64,000 nt of DNA from Styela clava (Eukaryota). Both the position numbers and the translations under genes were made by a program. The notes below the pieces were generated by a model. The model searched no databases. It worked only from the letters and a program-made list of their open reading frames with translations, and was not told where the DNA came from. Of this stretch, positions 53,401 through 64,000 are shown one piece after another. The stretch covers positions 10,292,001 through 10,356,000 of the forward strand of contig NC_135257.1 of assembly GCF_964204865.1 (NCBI RefSeq), written 5' to 3'. Each line of letters begins with the position of its first letter. Position 1 is the first letter of the stretch.

Positions 53401-54457
53401 GAATTTGCCTCAATTATGTATTTTATGCATCAGACAATTTACAAGAATACAACTGTTTTATATTTCTAGGCAATCATAGGACTGGTGTTGTCAATTTTAT
53501 CATCTTTGAGTTCAGTGGTTGTTGAAATCTTAGAAATAATATCGGCAACCAAACATTCCGATTGTAACATAATAAGAAAGAATATTACTTCACAAGAAAA
53601 TGCTCTTCTGTGTTTGGTAAGCATTAGATTAGATGAACTACTTGCACATAAATGACACAATAGCACTTTTATGCAATTAAAATTAGAAAATGCCATATGA
53701 TTTATTTGGTACGTTCCAAAGACGCCCCTAGTGGCCAAGAACTTCATTCTAAGATGACAAAATAGTGCAGTCGTCTTGCCCCCAATCTTGGGGACAAACT
53801 TCGCTCTCTAACAAAAATATATTACATTGTGTAGTAACGCATATGCGGCCAGTTTACCAGAATTATTCAAAGTAATGCCAATTAGTCCCCCATTTTTGTA
53901 ACTTTTCGATTTTTCCTTATTTAATACAGAAATCGGTTCTTGCGCTGCACGTCACATTATGTGGCGTTGTTTTCACTGAGATAGTAATATCTGGAATCCA
54001 TACTTATTACGGTTTTCATCTCTCAAAGCATCATCAGGTAAGATGAATTGAATTTTTCAAAAAATTGAAAGTACTTTGCTAATAATGCTCTGTGCAGCAG
54101 TTACAGTGCTACGGATTTACCGAGGTTTAAATGGCAATAAACCTTCTTGTTCGGCATAGCCTACACAATCTGCTTCACGCTGTGTGGCGAATAACTTCAA
54201 CACTTCACATCTTGCACTCATACAAAACGACTTGCTTGCGAAATTTCGTTTTAGTGAATCTTCTTTTGCATAACAGCTATTTCTAGATGAACTGCGTTCA
54301 CATAAATCCCTCTCTCACGAGATTCTTACAAAATAGCTTGCAATTTTTTTCAATCACTTATGTTGCGAGCACATAAGTTTTTAATCGTATTCTTTGTCTG
54401 TCTCAGGTATCGAATGAAGTCACAGCAATGAAAATTATCGAAAAACGTGTACAGTGA
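50417..54457 (+). CDS. MS4A/CD20-like four-transmembrane protein with a long charged N-terminus, 7 exons
   Basis: Exons 50417-50483, 50821-51614, 52453-52569, 53339-53395, 53470-53616, 53930-54037, 54407-54457 (TGA). Four hydrophobic segments with the MS4A-like pattern: KLFIVGVFQICAG.., SGIWCGIIFILAG.., AIIGLVLSILSSL.., a Cys pair in the second extracellular loop, then LHVTLCGVVFTEIVISG. The start codon is tentative. Confidence 0.7.
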
Positions 54458-55688
54458 TGATCACCTATAAATATGCTAAAAACTGTTACAAACACTGACG
54501 AGAAATTGAAGATCCTTCTATGTTTTGCTTTCAAAATTTTCTGATAAATTAAGTGGAGATCGAGCTAATATAAATAAAAAGGGGGCAATGGGATAATATA
54601 CATTAAAAAGCAAAAAAGAAAGCTCAAATTGATATGATTTCTAAAGTTATTTTTCAATGCAATATTTTGTAAACTAGACAAATAAATTGATCGAGATAGT
54701 GCGTTTGTTCGGGTGGTGGCATCGTTGCTGGTTGTGTAAAGGAAGTTTGCGTCCATGTCAAAATTCAAATGCAGAATAGCAGGAGTGAATATGTTGATGT
54801 GATCAGTTTATCCATCGTTGACCTGAAGTATCTAACAATGTCCAGAACTCGGACTTCAGATTGAAGAGGCGCACATTATTGGATTGTGTTTTTTTTATAA
54901 AGATTCACTTTAAAATAAATATTATACTACTTGTTGAAAAGGAGTTAATAATGAATATCAACATGATTTTTTATGTGCCCTTTTTCTGATATCTAGTTTC
55001 AATTCTGTGATACATGCTAGCTTATTGCTACCACGTTTGCTTCAAAAACTAAAGCAAACAGTTAAGATATTGCATTTCGTGAATAAAGAAGGCAAAAATT
55101 ACAGACGTGTCATATACCGGTTTCCGCTCACTTTATTACAACGGATATTACATACTCTCACTTCAATTGTATTTTTGCAAAGGAAATGATAAATCTGAAG
55201 ACGAAATATTATTCAATGTATATGTAAAAGCGGACTATCTTCCATTCTAGTCTGGGTGATCAGTATATATTTTTGTATTCACATTTACATATATAAAACA
55301 TGCCATATCATGCTTGAAGTTTTGTGCCTGTTAAAAAACACGAAAATTCAGAGGCATTCAGTGGTTACTTTAACCATAATGCAACTAGAAATGAAACATA
55401 TATATTCATAATATCATATCTAAACATGCATTTCTACAAGTATACGATGTATTGCTTTCCAGTCAACACGAAAACAAGGAATTCTACATGTTACTTGATA
55501 TTAAATTACGCAAAAATCCCATATCATTTTACAATTGCAGAAGATAGCGCGAGATGAAAAAAATGAAAACAGAGGAAACGGGGTTATTGAGTTTATAATG
55601 TACAAGTCGCAATATATATATATATATATTGACAATTTTTATTCGTGGTATCGAGTAATTTGGTACTTCGGTCAGCTGACAACGAATT

Positions 55689-58600
55689 ATGTCATTCATT
55701 GAATCAAATTCTGGTTGTAAATTAAATGGCTCACAGCAACCAATGTCACCTTGTATTGAAAATACCTGGGCTCAGATGCCTAGTTTTAACGGAAAACCCC
55801 TCTCAGAAGCAAGCGAAATGAGCACTGCAACATGCACAGATTCTTTGACTTGTGCCGGGGAGCGAACCTGTTCCAGATTAGGTGAGTAGCAACGCTAGAG
55901 TAAAGAATTTTTACCTCGCTTTTTTTCTGACTAGAGCTACCTAATCGGTTAGCACCCATGGTAATTTTATAAATGGTGTATGCCACTAAATTGGCGAAAT
56001 ATAATGCAAGTTTGGATTTACGGCGTCAATTTCGCATTGGCTGAGTGTACGTATTCGACCAGATCGTTTATCCATATTATTTTCTATGTATGTGCCTATC
56101 ATGGTATCGCCATAAATTAATACTAAAAAATGCAATCCGTACGATATAAATATAATGATAAATTTCATTTATCGATGATAATACCTGTATATTTCTAATG
56201 TCAGAGCCTAATAATTTATTATTTATGTCTATGCCGTAGAAAAATCTATTTGTCAAATGGATAACAGTTTACAAAAAGCAGGACGTATGAACAACAGTTT
56301 GTTTATGGACCAGACATGGAATAACAACTTGCAAGATTGTGATAAAAAAGAACTGATATCTCTCGAGCAACTGCTAGACAAGAGAGATTGTGTTGATTCA
56401 ACTTTCAGCCAGGTATCATGAAAGAAAATGCAAGACTGCAAGATATAGACAATGCTGTTTAAATTCATAATTGATCACGCGTTGGAATGGATTCGGTATC
56501 TAGTGCAACTATCGGAACAAATCTAAAATTCCAGTTCTAAAATAAGTTGAAAATAGTTCTACCTATATATATGCAATGTTTACAATAAAATAATTTGGTT
56601 GTAATCGTCCTCATCAGTGTAATGGATTTGGTTGTTAAAATCAATTCAAGACCTGAGCATGGCTTGTGAGATATTCCAACTAGAGTACCGCCCAGCTCGA
56701 TTTCAAGTGGCATATGGTTATGATGCTGCTGTGTTACATCATTCTATGCATTTTTGTATTTTAAAATATTCGAATCGAGAAATTTTTTTAAACTCAGGTA
56801 TCTAATTCTGCAACTGCAACCATTTTTGAGGCAACTTACAGTGAAGCATCCGAATTCCAAGATCAATCATCGAGGTTTGATAAATCAAGTAAATATCGAA
56901 GATGTTCAATAATTTTCGACTTTTCGTACCAAAAACAATCTTCACTCGAAAGATTTCGTTGAAGTCCCCTTGACGATGAGGGGGAGGGGTGGACTGCTGA
57001 CATCCCATCCGTCACTTCGTTTTTATAACTATTGGTCGGTTACTGTGTTCTTCACACCAATCCTCCATTCCTGTATCTGAAATATGAAGCTGATTAGATC
57101 ACTAATCATTCAATGCCTGCTGAAAACTAGCAATTGGATATGCAATCCAGCTGAATTGTGAGCAATAGCGAGTCATCTTCTGGCAACACAAATCGTGGCC
57201 TGGACGGATACGTCATGATTTTGTTTTTTATTCTTGCGTCTTTTTTTTTTTTACAGAATATTCAAAAAATTATCGTTTGCCTGACGTGGTTAGCGCAGCG
57301 CATACTGCAGAAATGCAACACCCTATCTCAGAAATATTCTTACGAACGTCTCAAACATCGGGAGATGCCCCAATAACCGCACGTGCACACACAAAGACAT
57401 CTGTTGAAAATTTTACACCAGACACTTTCGTACATAAACACGAATTCACGGTTAGTGAAAAAATGAAATAATTGCTGATTTCACATATCTGAATAACAAT
57501 TCTTGGTTATAAAATACCTTTAAATTCTGTAATTTTTTATATTTGTTTTTTAAGCCGATAAAAGAATACCCGGAAACAATCGAATCTTCTGGTCAATTTG
57601 CATACGCGGGGATACAAATACATCCAATTATACGTAAAGCAAGAAAAGTCTACGTTCCAGAGGAATGCAAGGTAAAAATTAAATGAAAGATCTAGACGAG
57701 AAGAAAACCTTGATCATCTCAATTTAATGTTTGTTACAATATTGAGTTATAGTCATTACCATCACATTCAGTATTCGAGACATTATCTAACCATTTTATC
57801 ACATTTTTTCCACATCTGATAATTACTCATATACATTGCTGCTTATAGATATTTCTCTGCTATTCTCTGAGTACGGAAATCCCATATTTACTGTATGCAC
57901 GCATTTAAAATAGAAGAGCGTGACCAAATTTATATTTCGAACAATATCACGGTACAGGATGGAAAATATTGGAAAAGGAGATTAAAAAATAACGTTGCAG
58001 CCAGAAGATCAAGAGAAGCTAAGCGAATGAAGGAAAATCAAATCGCCATGCGAGTGAGTTTTCTGCAATCTGAAAATGATAACTTGCGCGCACAGGTTGC
58101 ACATTTAAGGTAAACTCATTTTATGGATACGTTTCTACAACTCACTCTCTTATTGAATTATGTTACAAATTTATACTTGATAACGTTCAAGACTTCATGT
58201 ATATAAAGCAGTTCCGGTCTAAATCATTTTTAATATTTGCATCGTGTTTGAATATAGTTTAAGGCAGGGGTCGGCAAACTACGGCCCGCGGAACAATATA
58301 ATCCGGCCCGCGACGCTTCACTGAATTATATTAACAAAACAACTGTATTGACGATTATATTCTTCACGTAACAATATTTGTTTGGAGACACTAAATTATA
58401 TTATATCCTGACAAGTATGTAATTCAATCACTCGTTTAATGAGCTTATAAATTGATTATAATAAGACAAATGGCAACAGTACGTAAAAAAGTTGATGCTC
58501 AGTGCAAATGGTTTAATGGCGCAAAAAATATTCAAATAATCAGTCTTCGCGCGCTGCTTGAAATTTATCTGAAATCTGTGTGAAAACATCCAATTCATTG

Positions 58601-59119
58601 GCCATTCCTTCGGTTTTTAACTTGCTAAAAATATGTGCAGCCCGCTAATGACTTACAGCCTTTAGTTTTGGACCGCGAATGACAAAATTTTGCCGACACC
58701 TGGTTTAATGATATAAGTTTGACACCTTTTTTTGAAGATGTTATCTTTGCTCCATAAGCCTTCTGAGCTGTGAACGATGGAGTACCCAAACATCGGTATC
58801 ACAGTGTCTTGGGCTATGAACTAGTACTACTAACTAGTACCCACTACAATTTGTATGACGAATATATATATAAATTCATTTTATGAAAATATGTTCACTG
58901 TCTTATTTCATCTTGCCTTATCATAAAAAATGACACAACAGTATAATAAGTATAATAACAGTATATAAACAGCATAATAAGAAATATACATATATATATA
59001 TTGTTTTTGTATAAATTCTAATAACAAATCGGTGAATTAAAAAAGTTTTATTTTTGTTTCACAGAAAAGAAATGAGAAGAATGGCTGGAACAATGGAACC
59101 AAAAAGGCAACTGATATAA
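55689..59119 (+). CDS. PAR-domain bZIP transcription factor (HLF/TEF/DBP/PDP1 family)
   Basis: Exons 55689-55881, 56240-56412, 56798-56888 (tentative), 57257-57450, 57555-57671, 57958-58109, 59065-59119 (TAA). PAR extension [71 protein letters not shown]. Confidence 0.9.
58265..58702. mobile_element. hAT-like MITE in the last PAR-bZIP intron
   Basis: TIR CAGGGGTCGGCAAA / TTTGCCGACACCTG; GGCCCGCG subterminal motifs; TSD GTTTAAGG/GTTTAATG. Confidence 0.85.
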
Positions 59120-61003
59120 AGGCTCACTTAGTGTAAACAACTAAATATCGTCTAATTAAATATTATTCAACATATTATTAGTTTGAGACTCAAAATCGTC
59201 TCTTTGTTTAGATATGAGAAATAAAAATACTTTTGTGTACTTTCCATTGCGTTGTCATTCGGAGTGTCATGTACATTGGAACTTTTTTGCTGTTAATTTG
59301 CTGGCAAAACATGTCTCCGGGTTACCTCACGCGGTTCATAAGGATAACCATATTTTTTCAGTATGCCATATAAAAGACAGGGTACAGTATCAAACTTGAT
59401 TATAGTAGACTGAAACAGTCATAATTTTAGATAACTAAAACGGCTAAAATGTTACATTCAACAGACGGAGGCGGGTGACTGATGCTACGTTTACAACCGA
59501 TGTTAGAGAATTCAAATAAGTGACAGCCAGCAGGCTGGGATTTCGTATCGAACAGTTATATATGAATAAGTTTTATTGTTTAACTCAAGCTGGTTTATAT
59601 AGTGTCCATAAACATCTACATTCACTTAATGAATATTATGTAAATATTACGATATTATTTATAACTATACAAAACGACTTTCATTTCTTTAAAACGTTAG
59701 ACATTGCATCACAAATTAAAACAAATTTGTCTTCCATGGAATCAAACTATTTCCTTAGAATTGTTTTTAACAATTCCCGCCTACGCGATATTTGAACAAA
59801 GAGTTTTCGTGACGTAGAGTCTCGCCGCAATCAAATCTTGCTTCTGCTTAAATTGTTTAATGTATCATTTGCGATAGTGAGATACCTCAAATGTTCATAC
59901 AGCGGAGTTTTCTCGTTGTGATGTGGTCGGCGTTGGGTTTACGTAAAATTGTAAACGTGCCATTTACCCATGGTTGTTGAATGTATTCAACTTACTTATA
60001 CCTGGTAAAGATTATAATACAGTTTAGTACAATTGAGTATTTTTATGCTATAAATGCATTCTTGCTGATAAGTGGGATATTTCATTTTTCATTTCAATTT
60101 TGAAATTTGGTTGCATTGCAGTCGAGCAATAATCACGGTTTGCGGTTGCGGTACAATAGCGTTTACATCGGGTATACAACCACAGTTTGATTAAGTGAAA
60201 AATTATTTACAGTTTATGAACTGTAACTTATTGGTAAAGGTATTTCTTTTATTTAAGACCTGTATTGTAATTTTATCAAACAAGAGTTCTCATCTTGGTT
60301 AAAATCGGTTAGGTACCTCAACCCCTTATACCTCAAAATGAAAAGATCACCTGTTTGGGGATTTTTATGCTCAAGTATTCCTTAATACTCGATCCTAAAT
60401 TGATACTCGTAGGTATTGCTAGAACAACAAATTTTATTGTCAATAAAAATAATATTAAAGACAAACAGGCTTTCTTCCCCTAACTAAACCATTAGATTTA
60501 AATTCGAGTGATATTACGTGAATAAAAAAGACTATTTGTTAGAATCACACATATTCAAATTCAATTTGATAATGTTTAAATATTATTTGAATTGAGTTCT
60601 CTGAAAAAAGTATAAAATTACCCGAAAATTTTCCGAAGTTGGTATACCAAGAACTTCAGTACGATCCTATTTTCATTGCGGTTGAAATCAATATTTGATC
60701 AAGTCGACGAAACTCCATTTTGATTCTATTTCTTCGTATCTATTTACAATCACAGGTCTTCCATGATACTTTGGGACTTTTCCACAGAAGAGGGGTTAGT
60801 CCTAAAAATTTCATGGAACTCACGTTTGTCAACATTCCATACAAGGTGAGGAATATTTAACTGTATTTATTTAAATATCTCACAAATACTTTGTCAGCCA
60901 TCTGTGCTTCCCCTCGGAGGGTCTTTGGGCAAACAGCTAGATTAGCGCAATAATGACGTTATCTTTAACCTTTTTTTCTTCATAAATAATACTGAAATTT
61001 GCG

Positions 61004-61010
61004 TATAAAA
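61004..61010 (+). promoter_or_regulatory. Candidate TATA box of the multicopper oxidase gene
   Basis: TATAAAA about 60 nt upstream of ATG 61066; the AT-rich background lowers specificity. Confidence 0.35.
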
Positions 61011-61065
61011 GTATGATCGTTTGCCCGAAAAGACATCGTTTTGAAGAGTCTGCAAGCCGAATAAA

Positions 61066-63729
61066 ATGGAAAATCGAAAACTCGACTTTTTGAGAATATG
61101 TGGTCTAATTGTAGTATTTTTGACCTATACGAACTGTGACAAGTGCATTGAATGTCGTCCATTACAGGGTAAGCTATGATAAAATGGTGCATGAATGTTG
61201 ACCTTCCTGTAGAAATTATGTGGGTATTATTTCGTATGTCAATCCGTTATGTATAGGTAAAATGTTTACCTTAATTAAGCGATTCTTGAAAGCCTACCAG
61301 ACGATAATGTTTGGCTTCAATATTGTTGTTATGATTTTCATTATGTCTATAACTTGGCGCACTTTTATGAGTGGATTGATTACTTTTTTACTTACGCGAA
61401 TAGAAATTTTGTAATTCTCCCGACCAGAGCAAAGACTTGGGAATGAGCTGATTACTAGACTGGCCAGGGCCCAAACCTGAGATCTAAAACCTACCGCCGA
61501 AATAGTAACATGAACGCATTATTTACAATGCTCGCGCTAAGCATATATATAATAACGATTTAAAAAACTTCGGCAATTCACTTTGGCCATTATATTCTTA
61601 GTATCTGATTTTCACAACGTTTCTAAGGCTAAGCCTTCACAACGAAGTGCTTTATATATATATATGTTATTGTTTCAGGAGGAGAAAGTTTCAGAGATTG
61701 TAGATCGACTAATTCATCAGTTTATAGACGGGATGGTAACAACGTATACGTCAATTTGGTAGTTGATGTTGCCGATATCGAAATTGAATGGCTGACAATA
61801 AAACGCCGGGTTTATAATGGAGATCTTTGCGGACCAACAATACAAATGAAACCTGGAGATACTGTTTATGTTCATTTGGTAAAACAATGTTCTTATTATT
61901 CCCGGTTTATAAAATAGCTTAAAGTGAGTTTGTATTGTAATCAATCAATTTTTAACTTAACGTGTCGTTTAAAATGAATTTGAGATATTCAAAGTATTGA
62001 CTGATATTTTATACAAATTAAATATGTCATTTTCAGGAAAACCGCCTTGGACCAGATCAACCTGAAAGAGAGCATAATGATCTAAGACATCCTAACACTA
62101 CAAATATGCATACACATGGACTGCACATATCTTCTCTGGTAAAATGTTTGTACAATGCGTGAATGCTTCCATTCGAAATTATTGTTTTAATATGAAGAAT
62201 AAAAATATTTTTCCAACATAGTTAAAAAATGTTTCTTTCCATTCTTATTTAGCCTCCAGGTGACGACGTCTTCACAAGAGTAGATCCTGGAAAATCTCAC
62301 AATTATTCGTTTAATATAAACATAAACCAACCAGCTGGCACGTATTGGTATCATGCTCATTGGCACGGATCCACTTGGTTTCAGGTTTGTATTGACTTTC
62401 CTATTAGTAGTAAACAAATATTTCGCATGATATACTATGTTAAAAAATAACAATACAATGGGTTTGATAATACACTGCTTAAAAGTAGGCTATTTAGTAT
62501 TTTTTGACCTCCTGAAGTATGCGCACCAAGATGGCGCACAACCTGAACTCAGGTCGTGTACCAGGTTAGGGTTCAGGTTGTGCATATTGGTGTGACATAT
62601 TGGTGCGCATACTTCAGGAATACCGTATTTTTTCCCCAATTTGCTTCAAATTCCAAGTGTTTAATAAGGATAAGACAATAAAATTGAGTGTTAAGAAAAT
62701 AGAATTTTTTTTTGCGGTTGAATTCCATGAGTGCGACAGAGTAATGTAGAAAGGCACGTTTTCAACCGGAAGGAATTGAACAATTTTGTCCTTCGTGGGA
62801 AGGATTTGTATTTTGGTTATATTGCTAATATTTTTTGGTTCTTTATTTTAACCATAAAATTTATTTATGTACACACTATAAACTACTAAAACAGCTAAGC
62901 TAGTGCAAAAGCTAGAGTAGAAATTCTGCATAATTCTGCAATCACTAGGTAATTTTCTTTAAAAAGTGAATAATCAACGGAGCAGAGTTTTAACGTTAAC
63001 TATTGGAAGGATAATGGTTCGAAACAGCCAAAGGGAGAAATATATCGAAAAAGGTTATACAGTATAATATATATATACTAGCCCGTTAGCAGTGGCTGCT
63101 TTTTCTGAGCCTTTTGCGGGGTGCAAGGCGTATAAAAAGAATGATATATATAAAACTTTTCAAAAGTATTTCTTGGAAAAAAATAATAGGTACATAAAAA
63201 GGTTTCACTTTACCTGGACATATATAAACATATGTACATATCATTGCAGGTTATGAGTGGTCTATCTGGATTGTTGATTGTTGATGATGAATCGACCGAT
63301 ATGGATGTGAAACTAGATGCCGTTTCATGCCCAAATCATTGTGAGCATGACGTCGATATACTGCTTCAATCAACGTTGCAATACACCAACGATTCTGTGG
63401 ACTTTATACATGAAGCTCAGGAACAGATGGGGGATCCTTTCAGGTAACATACATACTCTAAACTAATTTCTCCCCTAATCTAGTCTTTTCATTATATTTT
63501 ATCTTTTTCAGTAACTTTTCTTGCGGTGTTCTGTGTCATTTATGTATCTTGCTACATTTTTTTCTTTTATCATGTCTATTTCATCTCTCTTTTTTTAATA
63601 AATTGCTAGGTTGAACAAATCCACGGAAGATTGGCTTATGAACGTTGAAAATGGATTTAATTATTTTACAACAAATGGTCTATATAATCCTACATTAACA
63701 ATTCAGAAAAATCAGATGAAAAGATTTCG
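61066..63729 (+). CDS. Secreted multicopper oxidase (cupredoxin/laccase-like), 3'-truncated by the window
   Basis: Exons 61066-61168 (signal-peptide-like MENRKLDFLRICGLIVVFLTYTNC), 61679-61878 (YNGDLCGPTIQMKPGDTVYVHL), 62037-62138 (TTNMHTHGLHIS), 62253-62384 (GTYWYHAHWHGSTWFQ), 63250-63443 (VMSGLSGLLIVD), 63610-63729 (TTNGLYNPTL). The HxH copper ligands of domain 1 are intact. Confidence 0.9.
62506..62624. mobile_element. Short family B-like MITE
   Basis: TIR CCTGAAGTATGCGCACCAA / TTGGTGCGCATACTTCAGG; internal gtaccaggttagggtt. Confidence 0.75.
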
Positions 63730-64000
63730 GTAAATACTCTATTATATATATATATATAGTTTGAACCTCCGCTCAAAGAGATCTTTGTTCTTAGTCTTTA
63801 TGTCTGTCTGTGTAACTATGTGTCTGTTTGTCCGTGTGTGTAGCTGTAACGTATAGAAAACTGTACCAATCTAGATAAAATTGCTCACGTGGGTTACCTG
63901 TCATCCTAGTAATATGCATTTCATCTAAAGTGATGTTTCGTTTCTATGACAGCAGCGAAAAAAGGTCCGATCGTTGGAAAATGTCTAATTTTCTCACAAT

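Noticed and set aside
59939-59946. PAR-bZIP D-box-like TTACGTAA upstream of the oxidase (and ATTACATAA at 49221)
   Set aside because: Short AT-rich motifs are expected by chance at this composition; no independent support.
61066-63729. Bacterial contamination as the source of the oxidase
   Set aside because: The gene has GT-AG introns, host-like AT content and a host MITE inside an intron.

Overview
AT-rich, intron-dense animal genomic DNA. It is probably an invertebrate chordate; I infer an ascidian/tunicate from the divergent let-7 3' halves and compact introns, but this is not proven. Five spliced protein-coding genes were reconstructed by hand with phase-consistent exons: (1) the 3' part of the HECT E3 ligase HUWE1 (+, 804-35024, 49 exons; WWE, BH3-like, UBM and HECT parts); (2) a complete, divergent TRPC-like channel (-, 36536-46309) convergent with HUWE1; (3) an MS4A/CD20-like four-TM protein with a long charged N-terminus (+, 50417-54457), head-to-head with the channel; (4) a PAR-bZIP factor of the HLF/TEF/DBP type (+, 55689-59119); (5) the 5' part of a secreted multicopper oxidase whose motifs look bacterial rather than animal (+, 61066 to window end). 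The strongest signal missing from the ORF track is a cluster of four let-7 microRNA hairpins in the longest HUWE1 intron (17007-18822). Each has a CNNC processing motif at the canonical distance, and the arrangement mirrors the mammalian let-7f-2/miR-98 cluster in HUWE1. Four let-7 seed matches also cluster downstream of the PAR-bZIP stop codon. Introns carry several MITE families (hAT-like with 8-bp TSDs, and a TTAGGG-containing family) and tRNA-derived SINE-like elements. All coordinates were read manually; no searches were run.
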